Shown here one piece after another: positions 26,510-40,021 of a stretch of DNA of 64,000 nucleotides. A model generated the notes under the pieces. That model did not search any database. It saw nothing but the letters and a program-made list of their open reading frames with translations, and was not told where the DNA came from. The translations under genes were made by a program, and so were the position numbers. Position 1 is the stretch's first letter, and each line of letters begins with the position of its first letter. This DNA is from Chrysomallon squamiferum (Eukaryota; Animalia; Mollusca): assembly GCA_012295275.1 (NCBI GenBank), contig CM022674.1:8370001-8434000 (forward strand). Reading direction: 5' to 3'.

Positions 26510-26700
26510 TTTCTTCATCTTCTCTTTCTCTTTAACATAAAAGATTTTGTCTTTTTTATATGGCCATTTCCAGCTGGTACCATTTGGTGCCCAACAATTA
26601 CTTCACAATTCCGATCATGGATTTGCTTTACCTCTCCAGGAAAGAGTTCCTTGTCATACTGAACAAACATACCAGTCATTAACTTTGGCAGTCTCTTCTG
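26510..26700 (-). mobile_element. Degraded C-terminal fragment of a DNA transposase
   Basis: Frameshifted translation KVNDW.FVQYDKELFPGEVKQIHDRNCEV...NGTSWKWPYKKDKIFY resembles the V.YD...YPGEV...WKWP...D..Y C-terminal module of Sola/pogo-like transposases. No TIRs identified. Confidence 0.55.
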
Positions 26701-27075
26701 CTGAAATAGCTTTCCACTTCACCTTTCTGAGAACGAAGGAGCACTGAGACATCCTCATTGGCTAGGGCAGTGGCAATATCTCTTTCAATTTTAGGGCTTC
26801 ATTTTTTTTTTCTGAATCTGCTGCATCTGTCAGCCCTGCTCATACTGTTCATAAGGCTGACTCTATTCACACTGCAAATGTGCTCTTTAATTTTTCATTA
26901 ACTGCCATTATAATATAGAATCTGTGATTAATTTGTGACACACACTTTTTCTTGGCTCTAGAAATAATGTTGTTTCAGAAAGAGATATCTTCATTTTTGA
27001 AAACATAGCTTCATGAATTAGAGCTGAACATAAAGGAAGTACTGAAGAATTATTAGTAAAATATTATTCTGCATC

Positions 27076-27088
27076 TGCCATCTAGTGG
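27076..27088. promoter_or_regulatory. CTCF-type core motif between the divergent TMC and TARDBP promoters
   Basis: TGCCATCTAGTGG, the reverse complement of CCACTAGATGGCA, closely matches the bilaterian CTCF consensus. Confidence 0.5.
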
Positions 27089-28140
27089 TAATTAGTGAAA
27101 CTACATATTCAAGTTTATTACGTAGTAGATGTAGCTTAAAGACTAGCAGAATAATTTGCATTTTAAACATTATTAATATTTAAATATACATGTGTTAATG
27201 ATGCTGAATGACATTCTTTAAACTGATTGTATTGACATTATAAACTGAGTGAAATGTCAAAGCCAGTTTAGTATGGGTGATCTGATATTTCTACTTTGGG
27301 GTAGTTTGTGATGAAAGTATGCATTATTGTTAATGTCAGAACCAAGAGGGGAAAAAAATCATTTTCCTTTTTTTCTGTAAACTGGGAGTTTTGTGAATAC
27401 ATTTTTAACCTTTGCCTAATAAAAATGATGATATTTGTACTTCTCCTACAATACTGATATTTTTTTTTTTTTTTTTTTTCTGCGCATGTGAGTGCCGGTG
27501 TATGAGAGTATACAAAGAACAGATATTCATGTACGCCTTTGTTTAGTACAGATGATGACTCAGCCTGCTAAGTCTTTTTTCACTCAAAGCATATAATGAA
27601 TAACAACAGTACAATTCAATATTAAGAGTAATTTTCAGTTATGCATTAATTAATTATTAATGGTTAAAAATAATAATAAATAAATAAAATAAAATAAACA
27701 ATAATAGTAACGTTATGTTGTAAAAATTTTGTATGCAGTTAATGAGTTATATATTTTATGTTTAAAATATGAATTCACCTCAGCTTAATATTCATAGATG
27801 CGGAGAATAATTTAATGCATCTATTTACATTATAATATTGGTTCTAATGTTATTAAAGTATTACTAGTCAGCTAAAATATCGTTTGATTTATGGCGAACC
27901 CTTATGTGGTTATTTATAACCCTGACCTACTAAGAAACTGAACAGTTTCCAGATTCCGAATATGACCGAGTTATTGCGAATCATGAAAAATCGATAAAGT
28001 GTATCTATCTTTATTTAAATTTTGTATAAAAATAAATATGACATATTTGAACAAATGAATCTTGGAAAAATAATATTAGAAAGTTATAAATTTTCAATAT
28101 ATTTATGAAAATAACAAAAAAATATTGAATTATCATTGTT

Positions 28141-28175
28141 TTCCCATGAAGCTTTGCGTCAGCTGCCGCCATCTT
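28141..28175 (+). promoter_or_regulatory. TARDBP promoter-proximal motifs (ZNF143/Staf-like and YY1-like)
   Basis: TTCCCATGAAGCTTTGC (28141-28157) and GCCGCCATCTT (28165-28175), about 100 bp upstream of the ATG in a CpG-containing island. Confidence 0.45.
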
Positions 28176-28270
28176 CGTACGAGAAAACCCCTGGAAAGGC
28201 AAAGTAAGGCTTGATGATTTCGGAATACTGAATTACTGGATATCAAGCATCCTCCAAACAATTGGCAAAG

Positions 28271-30937
28271 ATGAGTCCATATATTCAGGTTGCCGAGGAG
28301 GAGGGGGACGAACCGATGGAAGTGCCAGTGGAGGATGACGGAACTTTGTTGCTTACCACCCTAGCCGCGCAGTTCCCTGGGTCGTGTGGATTGAAATACC
28401 GAAACCCCGATACTGGTTCTATGAGGGGGATCCGTCTTTCAGACGGTCGTCTTTACCCACCAGATTGTGATTGGGGTGGTTATGTTTTCATTGCAGTTTT
28501 TCCGAAGGGTAAGTAACATCGGGGTTGGTTTCTGCTTGTAGTTTCGATCTGTCAAATAGCTTTGACAGAAGTTTGTTTTGACGTTTCACGTATGACAGCT
28601 GTATTCATTTTGTATTAATTTCACAACAGAACTGCAAATTGGAGACAAATCCATATAATGTTATGCATTAGCAGGTTATATTTGTTAATTAAATAATATT
28701 TAGTGAATTATACCTACTTTAATCCTTTTGATATTTCAGTGGTTCTTTATTACCGTATTTTATATAATAAACGTATCAATGTTCTATAAAATCATTATCT
28801 GACACCTGCATCCTTACCTTATTATTTCATATTATCATGAATCTGAAACTTAACTTGTTATATAAATAACTGATAATACTAAGTTGTTTACTTTGTACTC
28901 TTTCTGTGCCTGTATGTATGAACGTTAGTTGTTTTATAAAATGTAATGACAATACAGAAAAATGTTTGATCTTTAAGAAAAATATTGGTATTGAACACCA
29001 TGAAAAAGTTAATGAAGTAAATATTTAATTTGATATTTTCATGGATTAATTTTCAACCAAATTAATAGTCTGTTGCATATTTCAAGTTTATTATGTAGTA
29101 GATGTAGCTTAAAGACTAGCAGAATAATTTGCATTTTAAAAATTATTAATATTTAAATATGCATTGGATTATTTTATATTCTGAAATGTTAATGCTCTAC
29201 AGTAGCTCTTTGGTGTTAGTAGATATAAAACTATCCATATACCATATTTACTATTTTGTTTCTGCAGCTGAAAATAAAAGACGAGTGGATGAAGCCGCAG
29301 ATAATATGGCACTGAAACCAAAACGAATCAATGAAAAACAACGTTGTAGTGATCTGATAGTACTGGGTCTGCCATGGAAAAGTAATGAAGAAGACCTCAA
29401 AAAATATTTTCTGCAGTTTGGGGAACTTCTTATGGTCCAGGTATTCATTCTGAAAGTATATATATATATATCTCTGTTCTTGTACTGATTTTGTTCTAAT
29501 ATGTTTTTTCATATTCTGTTCTAATAAATTTGTTGAAGCAGAAAGTGTAACTGAGTTCTTTTAAAATAAGTACTTATTTGAGAAATAGGCATAAGAATAT
29601 TTTATGACATGCAGCTGAAATCTTTTTTTCAGAATATACAGTCATTTAATTATATTTTTGTCCTTTGAGTTGATCTGTCTAAAATAGGTACAAATACATA
29701 GACTGAACATTGTACATTTTTAATCCTGTAAAATAATAAAAATGGAAGCTTTGTCAAATCTATAATTTAATGATTTTTTAATTTTATTTTAAGATACTCC
29801 AAATATTTAAATGTTTTTTTCTTTCCTTTTCACTAATTTTAAAATTTTATTTAAGGTTAAAAAAGATCCCAAAACTGGACAGTCAAAAGGCTTTGGTTTT
29901 GTCAGATTTGCTGACTATGAAGCTCAGTTCAAATGCATTTCTCAAAGGCATATGATTGATGGACGATGGTGTGATGTCCGAATTCCCAACTCAAAGGTAG
30001 ATATACATTAATGATATCAAGATGTATTTTTATAAAATCAAAAATTATTTCTACAGTAAAAAACTTACATGTACTAACTTAACACAATTTAAAAATTTAT
30101 AAAAATATATTTAAATTAAGTTAAAATAATGATAGTTTAAAACATGTAATCTGTTTATAAAAATAGGATGATGCCATTAATATTGATTGGTTTTAGAATT
30201 GTATTCTTCAGGAAGGAGCCCAACAGATGATGAACCGCAAGGTCTTTGTTGGTCGCTGTACAGAGGACATGACATCTGATGACTTGCGACATCACTTCAG
30301 CAAATATGGTGAAGTGGTTGATGTCTTTATTCCAAAACCATTTCGAGCTTTTGCCTTTGTAACCTTTGCCGATCCGGATATAGCCCAGTCTCTGTGTGGT
30401 GAGGACCACATAATCAAGGGAGCCAGTGTACACATCAGTGGGGCAGCTCCAAAGAATAATGAAAAGGATCGCAGGCTTGGCTTGAATCACACACCTTTTG
30501 GCGCTTTTGGTCAAGGCTACAGTCACAGTTCATGGGCCCCAGGAACACGAGGAACAAACCAGTCAGTGGCCAGTCATGGAACAGCTCTGCAGGGAAGTCT
30601 CAACAACAATCTTGGTTTAGGAAATTTGGGTCTTGGAGCTTTACAGCTGAATCATGCAATGTTAGCAGCTGCTCAGGCTGTTCTCTCTGGTCAGGGTGGG
30701 TGGGGGCCTCTTGGATTGACCAATCAGGGTGGTAGTGCTAGTAGTGGGGACAACCAAACTAATACAGCAAATAACAATGCAGGTTTCAGCACAATTGGCA
30801 ATGGAACAAGTTGTGCAGGAAATGGGGGTAGCTTTCTAGGGTGGGGTAGTTCTCAGACTACAGATGCTCCCTCTCACAGTCCCGGTCATGTTGGTGGGTG
30901 GGGTTCACAGTCAAAAACGGGAACAGGATGGAATTAG
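28271..30937 (+). CDS. TARDBP: TAR DNA-binding protein 43; exons 28271-28508, 29268-29440, 29856-29996, 30212-30937; ~425 aa
   Basis: N-terminal domain ([26 protein letters not shown]), RRM1 ([29 protein letters not shown]), RRM2 ([25 protein letters not shown]), and a G/N/S-rich tail containing the [10 protein letters not shown] helix. Confidence 0.97.
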
Positions 30938-33900
30938 GTGTGGAAGGTGTGAAAGTTTGAGGGTTATTTTTGTTTTGCAACTCATTGGGTACCTGCCATT
31001 GTACATAGTCAAATAAACCACAGTGCATCATTTCATTTTGCTAAGACAGAACAATATGTATTTGGCATGGATGTAGTAAAGCTGTTTCTATAGAGACATT
31101 TAAATAGCCTACTGTCTTGAAGTTTTATAAATCTGTGATATTGGTAGAGAGGGTGACAAATTTAAATGGTGCACGGCACAAGAAAAAATATTAAATTACG
31201 AAAATGGGTTCTTTTTTTTCTTTCTTTTTTTTACACTGTGATGTATTTGACTGTGTTCACTATTGTTTAAATCACATTGATCTGTAGTTGTGTATGTTTT
31301 TCTCCTACCCTTGGCTGCTTCAGTGTAATCCATGCAGCAGCAACTTTACTGATCAAATGTTCTCTCTTTAAGATGGACTTATCTCCCTTTGCTCCCAATA
31401 CAATTATTATACTCAAAAAAGAAAAAGTTTTCTTCATTTATATAAATTCTTAAAAAGTAACATTGTACAATACTAAAACAGAATATTTATCCTAAGTTAT
31501 AGTTTAAATGAAATTTAAAATTTCTATCTAGTAAAACTGCATTTTATTACTTTTAAATAATGTTTAAAAAAGAAGTCATCAAAATACCTGAATATAGTTT
31601 ATTATTTAATGTATGTATGAGTTTCATCTTTTCAAAAAGTGTTACTGTATATTTCATTAATGAAGCAGCTAGTTGATTTAAAAAACAAAAAATTAAAAAT
31701 CCTTTTTCTTATATTTAGTACAAATTTTTAATTGTGAAAATAATTGTATACTTCTGTCTGCTTGATTTTCATTGCTTTAAAAGGAATTCCTGTATGTGGT
31801 TTTTAATGGAGACTTTCAGTTTATTTGGTTACTATGGTAGAAGTAGGATTATGTTCATATACTTTAAACCATTTTAGTTAGTTTTTAATAATTATAACAG
31901 TTTGGGAATTTCATGCAATGGATGTTATGTTTTTGTTTGACTGTAGAGTATTAACATGATGTAAAAAGGTAAATCTGGTTTTCTTTTTAAATTTAAATGA
32001 AAAACTAAATCATTTGTGACGAGTACATGGTGTTCATTGAGATATTTTTATTGTTCTCATATTACATTATAAACAGAATTTGTTTTAATGCTGTGCATTT
32101 CTGTTGAACTAATAAAAACCACCCCATGCTAGGAATACTTTTAGTGACTGAATAGCTGTAAAATGATAAAATGTCAAACAGCATGTTACCCAATTCGTTT
32201 GTAATCCACCTTTTTAGATTCATCTCAACATATATTTATATATAGAATTATTAAAATTTAAGAGAATTACAAATTATGAACTACAATCTGAGATAATTTT
32301 GCAGCTGTTCCTGTAAATTATTACTATTTTATAATTCTTATCTTATTAGTATCCTATTTGAAAGCAAATTTACAAATCTATTAATTTAAAGATAATAAAA
32401 GAATTCTTAAAATTATCATTATAACTTTGGTTTTTCCAAAGGTTATGTTTTTTTATGTTTTAGAATAATCATATTATTGGTTTATAAGTGATTGAATATA
32501 TAAATTATTGAAAACTACTTATTTTATTTTTAAATTCAGCCATCAGTACATTTTATACCCCATCCAAGAAATAAAACTAATTAGTATATGGGAAAAACGT
32601 TGATAATTTAAAAAAAATTGAAACAAAGATAAAGTGTAAAAAATGTGAATGTTTCATTAATCTTTATAGATGGTAGTAAATCCACCTTTTTTAAAGTGCC
32701 GAGTGGTTTGTTTGTTACTGTCTGTTGTGTGTGGGTACATGTTTGTATATAATATATATATATTATCTACATTATAATATATGTTTTTATCATTAACATT
32801 ATATCGCCTTTTCTTTATAAGTGATATATAGACCACCTCACTGACACTGTTTTTATCTAACACTGAAGTTTTAAAATATATTTATTTGTACTGATCTTCC
32901 AGTTTGTATATCTGTTTCCTTTTCTACTGTTTCAGTTAAAAAAGTTAAAGAAAGATTATTTATTGACAAACACATCTTTACTGAAATTTTAAAAGAAATT
33001 GTATCTTTTTTAAATAAGATCATATTCAATATAACTAACTTCACTTATTTCATTGCTGTTTGTGTCCATATTTTTTTTCTGCCTCTTGTGATGGGGATAG
33101 GGTTTTTCAGTCTTTGTCTAAGCAGTCCTTTTTGTTTACTATTTTTCTAATTTTTAAATTGTGTTTGGCTTGATATTTGGTAACAGTTAAAATATTACTG
33201 AAATTATTTTTTATTTACTTATACTAATATATCTGTGGTAGGTAACAAGTATGTCAGCTTTGAGAAGTGGTTATTTTGACTGGTAACCATGGCAACATTA
33301 TTATAGTCTTATCGTGTATCACTTGGTAGTCTAGTTACATAAGTATCTGTGTTTTCTGTGAATTCTTTTGTGCATCTTCTTGATATTAAGGGCAGCAGTC
33401 TGATTGTTTAAATAACTTGTGGATGATTATTGGATAAATTGGTCAGGTGCTCCAAGCGTTGAAGTGGTTGGATGAAAAGAAGCCATAGGTCCAGGCTATT
33501 TGCTTGATTGGTTAAGACTGGTCATTTTGAGTGACCACAATAATAATATAGAATGTAAGGTCAAAATTATTTTGTTAAAATCAACAGAAATGACCAAAAA
33601 TTTGGACTGTAATGAGATAATTGACTTGTGTGTATTGTTGTTTCAGAGTGTCAATGTTGTTTGATTCAGAACTGTTTTGGATTGAAATACTGTTGTGTTT
33701 TTTTTCTGTGTGTTTACTCTTGAAGAGTGTTGATGTTAACTCAATTTGTGTCTATTGTTATTGCAAGTTTTTCAGAGTGCTCATATTTTTAACAAATATT
33801 GTTCAGTTTTTAAAAAAGAAACCTATCTTACAGCACATTTAGTGCATAATAGTATTTAATCATATTTAAATTCACAGATGTGTGCTTGAATTGTAGTATA

Positions 33901-36900
33901 ATTTCAATCTTGTAAATCACATGATGGTGTATTTTGTTGGATTTTTAAATCTTTGTTTTACAGAAAACATGCTTTCTTATAAGTTAACCTTTTGAAAATT
34001 CTTATTAATAAATATTTGCTGTATTTTATTAACTCATTTAGAAAAAATTTACTTAAATTCAGAGATTACCTACTAGATGCTTTGATAATTCCATAATTAA
34101 TTTAAAGAAATAAAATGTACTGTTCAGCTGTGCTGAGTTAATTCATAAAATTTTAGTAAATCTGTTATCACTTTCATTTGAAACATACATTCTTACAAAA
34201 TTTATTGTAAATGTTTAATAGTATACTTAATATTTAGAAATAAACTTTTAAGTATTTATTGTGATTATTAGCAATATAGATAAAGAAATTGTTATCTTGT
34301 AGACAGAGCATTTGTAATTATTGACAGTCTCAGTTGTTGAACCAGAAAAAGCTTTAAAATTTAATAAATGTTTTGAACATGTACTTGAAACCATTATCAG
34401 ACACTAAATCAATACTAAATCTCACTGTTTTACACTTAGGATTGGAAAGAATGTACGACCATATTAAAACATGAAATAATTTCAGGACACACAATCTGTT
34501 TTTGAGTATATTTATTTTTATAGCCACTGCATTAATCTTGGAAATCTGTTTACAATACTTAAACATTTTTCACCATACAATTTCATAATTTCTTGTTTCA
34601 GTAACTATCCAAAATCATTACTGACTAATAATATCTAAATAAATTTTGTATTAAATGGGACACTTCATATATAGTTTGGCCATTTCATAAATAATAAAAA
34701 TAAAAAATAAATATTTCTACTTCATGATACTTAAACTGTGTTAATATTAATTATTCACAATCTGACAATTAATATTTCAATTTTATTGTTGAAGTCAGAA
34801 TATAAGGGTATTTTTATAATAGCTTGTACATGTTTTTTCCACTTGTTTATTTATTATTTTTTAATTCAGATTATTTATAATTTTAGTCCCTCTGATTTAA
34901 AATTATTAAACATTTTATTGTAAGAAAGTAGTTTGAAGATAATTTTATTACACTCTTTTTTTTCTTCCTTTATTTTTTATAATTTTTTTATTTTTTTATT
35001 TTTTTTAAGTAAAGGTGGGTTTAGAATGCTTTAAGGGATTTATTTTGGCAGTAGTTGTAAATGATTCAGGTGTGTATAACTAAATTGGTCTGAACCTATT
35101 TTAACTAATTTATCATGGTCAATGCATAAAGTGACATGAGATGCAAAAATCATTTCATTTCCTGCAGATTGCCTAATTGACTGTTGGTGTGATGGCTTGG
35201 CAGTGAGAGATAACTTATATTTATTGTTTAGCATGCATGAGTTTTATATATGCATGGAACCCTTATTTATTGTACATATTGTTACGTCAGGCATCGTTAG
35301 ACTTCTTTCATTGTGTTCTGAACATCTTGGTTATGATTGGTGAAATTTATAAATTCATATTTACATATATTTATCATTGCACAAAGTTCATGGTAAAACA
35401 GAATTATATATTTATGGCTGCTGAACTGTTATGAGTGCTGAAGTGGAGTGAAAATATATTTTAGGCTTACCCAAATTATTTCTTGTGAAATTCATAATGT
35501 AGGGAAATATTTTCAACTATATTTCCACAGGCAAGATAAAGCTTTATTTTTGTACCTCAATTAGAATTGTTATTCAGTGAGATTTCCTATATTCTGTAAA
35601 TTATTTTTCTCTTTTTTTAAACATTTAAAAATAAAAACATTGAAAACTCAAAATGAAATCAGTATAAGATGTACTTTTTTAATTTTAATATTTATTGTTA
35701 TTTTTTTTTTTTTTTTTTTAATGACATTGTTTGCTTTTTTATATTTTCACATTTTAATCTAAAAAAATTAATCAGTATGTAAAAAATTTCAAATTATTAT
35801 ATAATTTCTTTTATTCAAAAATAGTTTATACTACTGTTTCATAGGGTAATGTATCACAAGAATGTTTAGTTGGTGGCCATAAACATTTGTATATAAGAGA
35901 GTGTTTGTAAAAATAAATAAACTTTAACAAATTTTAGTAATCCTTCTTTTTTGGGCTTTTGCACACATTTTTTCATTTAATATCGTAGTTTTTGTATTTT
36001 TTCCTTATGGCTTCTTCCTATTTCAAAAAGCAGAAGTATATACACATTTGTTTTGTACACACAAATGCTTTACAGTTCTGTTAAATATTTTTAGTCAGAT
36101 ATTTGCCCCTTTTTATTATTATTTAATATCTAACATTATTTTAAGGACATTTTAAAGAAACATTTTTAATCTAGGGTAATGTTATTTTAAATAAAAAACT
36201 TTTTTTATTCGAATCAATTTTTATGAAAACAATCTGTATATTTTTATTTATTTAATTACTTGTACTCATCTCATATGAATTTTTAATTACTTAAACCTGT
36301 GTACAGAATCATTATTTATCTTAAACTAATGTACAGAATCTCTTGATACATATAACTTATTTTTTAATATAATATCAGCAGAGCTTACAGTTAGATAATG
36401 ATGTGAGAGTAAAATGAAATTTTATAATTAGACAGAACAATGTTTAATAAATGCACAAAATCATTACAAAACATCAGCATGTGACAGAACAGTTTTGTTT
36501 CACACAAAAACTGTTTTGATCTAACACTTTGTCAACACACAATGTATCATATTATACTGATTAAACATAGTCCATACATTTTATTATCATTACTATGACA
36601 TACTAATTTCTCTTAATAAAAATACCTCATTAGGTAGTCAAGATTTATGATCAGCTGGAATTTTAAAATGATGTCATTTAATTCCTTCACATTGAATATA
36701 TTTGTTTGATTTAGTTTTTTAATTTGTAACTAAAAATACCTAACAAAACCAGTTGTTTGTGTCAAATTGACATTTTAATTAAATGGAAAAGAATATTGAT
36801 TGCAGTTTCATATTACATTTATCTTTGTCGCTTTTTTTTTCTTTTTTCTTTTCTTTTTTAATCAGCTCTGTGGTTTGGTAGAAAGAGGTAAAACAAAAAT

Positions 36901-38789
36901 AATAATAATAAATTGAAATTATGCTGTAAAGTAAACTCAAGTTTAAATTTTCTGTTACTTTTTTATTCAACACAGAAATTTAATAAAACAGAAAATGTAT
37001 ATCTCATTCTAATCAAGTCGTAAAACATTCTGTTTAAATTGTAGATTATTTTTTACATTTGTGAAAAGCAATAACAATCATTTGTTACATTTTTAGTCAA
37101 ATTTAAAAAATAGTAATTAAAATTAATAATGCTGATATAAGTTCAGAAAGTATTGTTCATTGCTTTTGCATCAAATTCTTAATTGTACTTAAGTTTCACA
37201 TCTCTCTAAAAAAAAAAATATTTATTCTTAATTTATTTATTTTTGGCTTATTTTACTTTTTGTCCCACCCTACATTTAAGTTCATAATTGTTAGTCTTCC
37301 ATTTTATTACCGGTAATGTGGTTGTCTTGTGCTTTTGTTTTTTGTCTTGTGCAGCTGATTAATATATATTTCACATCCCAATATTTTCTTTATAGAAGTG
37401 TTTTAAATCTGTTAGTTACATATATTTATTTTTCTTCCTTTTTTAATATACTTTAATTAACACTTTCTTTTCTTCTTTTCTCTTTTTTCTTTAAGAAACA
37501 TGTATGTCAGTATTTTAATCAATACTTTAAATGTCTGTTATTTTGTTCCTCAGAATTAAAGTAAGAATACACTTTATCTAAGATATATTATTTGAAAACT
37601 GATGTTGAGGTTCATTATAAATTTATCTGAAATTAAAATTAGATGTGTTTATATTTTCAAACATTTAAATATTGATATGACAAATGATTGATTCATTTTT
37701 AAAGATATATGTAGTAAACCATGTTTTGTTTTATTATTATATTTTTAAACATTTACGATCTTAGTTATTAGTGGTAATATCTCTTCAGAGATGTTTTCTG
37801 TGTTGAACAATATATGCCGGGTTCAGTGTCACTAGTTTAGATTATCTTTAAAATGAGGATGAATATAGACTTTTTTCATCTCTTTTTGTAATTTTCAGTG
37901 CCTCATGTATTTTTTATTACAAAAATAGAAACAAAAAATATATTAAGAAAATACATTAAAATTTGTGTGTAAAATATTTTTCAAAATTGTAACCAAAATA
38001 AGAGAGTGGCAGTGGTTTTAAGTATGTGCACATGTATGCAGTTAATTTCTTTTGTAATCTTAACAAATATATATGAGACGCATATATGCAGGTTCATAGT
38101 TAAAAAGGAAAATTAATAATAATAACAAAATGAAATCATTATCTAATTGATTTAATTGAATTTTTCTCATGAACGTAATAGATTTAGTAACATGAGAGTC
38201 TGTAAATTGACTGACAGTGATGTCAAAATTGTATGATGTCACAATAAATACATTTTTAATCTTTTTTGACTTTCTAAATATTTTGCTATCAAAATCCAAA
38301 CCAAACAACTCTGAAGAATTTAATATTATTTTTATTTTTTATTTATTTATTTTTATTTTTACTTTTATTTTTTTTTTTTATATTGTTTTGTAGGATTGTT
38401 GTAATTTATTTTTTTATTATTAATACTCATTAAATTAAATCCATATTTAGATACAGTGTATAATAATTTTAAAGAAAAACATAATCTTAATTTGTAAAAA
38501 GAAAAAATTTGTGAATTTAAACATTTAATCATTTTTGAATAAAAACAAAAAGAGTCACTTCAGTTCTCTGCAAACTGCCTATATTTTGATCCAATTTCTT
38601 GCAGTTTGAAACTTTGCTCAAATATTATTGAAAAATTTTCCTCCCAGTTCATATTAGTTTTTAACTGAAAATACTTGGATATTTGAAAATTTTAATTATT
38701 TGTTGCTATTATTATTATTATTATTTCAAAGAATCTGTTTTGCTTAAGAATAAGAAAAAAACAAAAAACAACGTTAGTACAGATAGAAT

Positions 38790-39971
38790 AATGAAGTCGT
38801 AGGCAAGCTTTCTAGTTGTTTTTTTCATTGAGCATCTGTCTGATAGGATTTGTTTACTTGAACCCAGCCTCTCTCAGGAAGATTACCACTTGTTATATAT
38901 TTTCATACATTGTTAAGAACGGTGATGCTGAACAAGGCTTCTCTTTTTTCTTTTTTCCTTTTTCTTTATAAAGTGCTCTAATTTATTTGCCACCTGTTAA
39001 CAACCATCAAAATATTTATTCTCAGATGCCTAAAAAAATAATTTTCATAGTAATTTTTTTTTTTTTTTTTTTCTACTTTTATAATTGATGTCACTGGCAT
39101 ACATATTGTATTAATAGTCATTTTTGAATTATAATTAAACTAATTTTTTTTTTTAAATGCTAATGAAAACATTTTAAACAAAATAACTTATTAAAAAAAA
39201 CTAAATGAAGTGCATTATTGTAATGTTGATTAAATAATAAATACAATTGTATTAGTTTAAAAAAAATAATTAAAATAATTAAAAAAAAAGAAATAAAGAA
39301 TTTATTTTATTTGTTTTATTGTTATTTAATAAATGATCATAAAGATGCTATTGTTATTATTATTAGTTGGTTCAGAGTAGGCATCTGAGAAACACATGGT
39401 AGTTCTAACAGGTGGCGTTGTTAACGGTGTAACTGAAGTATATGTGTACTTGGACATTGTGCTAGTGATGTGCGTAGACAGTGTTGGTTCATCATTACGT
39501 TTGGCCGAAATTATACTACTTAATCAAATAAAAATAGCTTCATGCTGATCATGTGCTTTGTTGTTTTGACTTTAAAGTGCAAACTCCTCTGTATCAAAAA
39601 GATGTTTGTCACGTATGATTTTGTCAAGATCGTCTGAGCAGACAAAATCTCGTTTTGATTACCACTTGACCGTATTTGTTATCCAAGATGTCCGCGATTA
39701 CTGTTGATTCTGATTACAGTTACTGTCCAAGTCCGTCCCATGAACAAAGCTTACTAAGCATTATTTTAATGAGTGTTATAAATAGATTGCTAATTTTGGT
39801 CCTGATAGTGACAATTTACATATTACTAACCAGCCGCAAATAACAGATCTGAACTAATAACTGACCATATTACTTCAGTAAATAATATACTTAATAACTA
39901 AATTTAACTCCTTACACAAAAAACTGGATTCCTCATTTTACGTTTTTTTGTTACTTTGCTTTATATTCCTT

Positions 39972-40021
<50 letters not shown>

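Noticed and set aside
39372-39497. Possible minus-strand C/D snoRNA (ATGATGA...CTGA)
   Set aside because: No terminal stem, no recognised rRNA guide and no demonstrated host intron.
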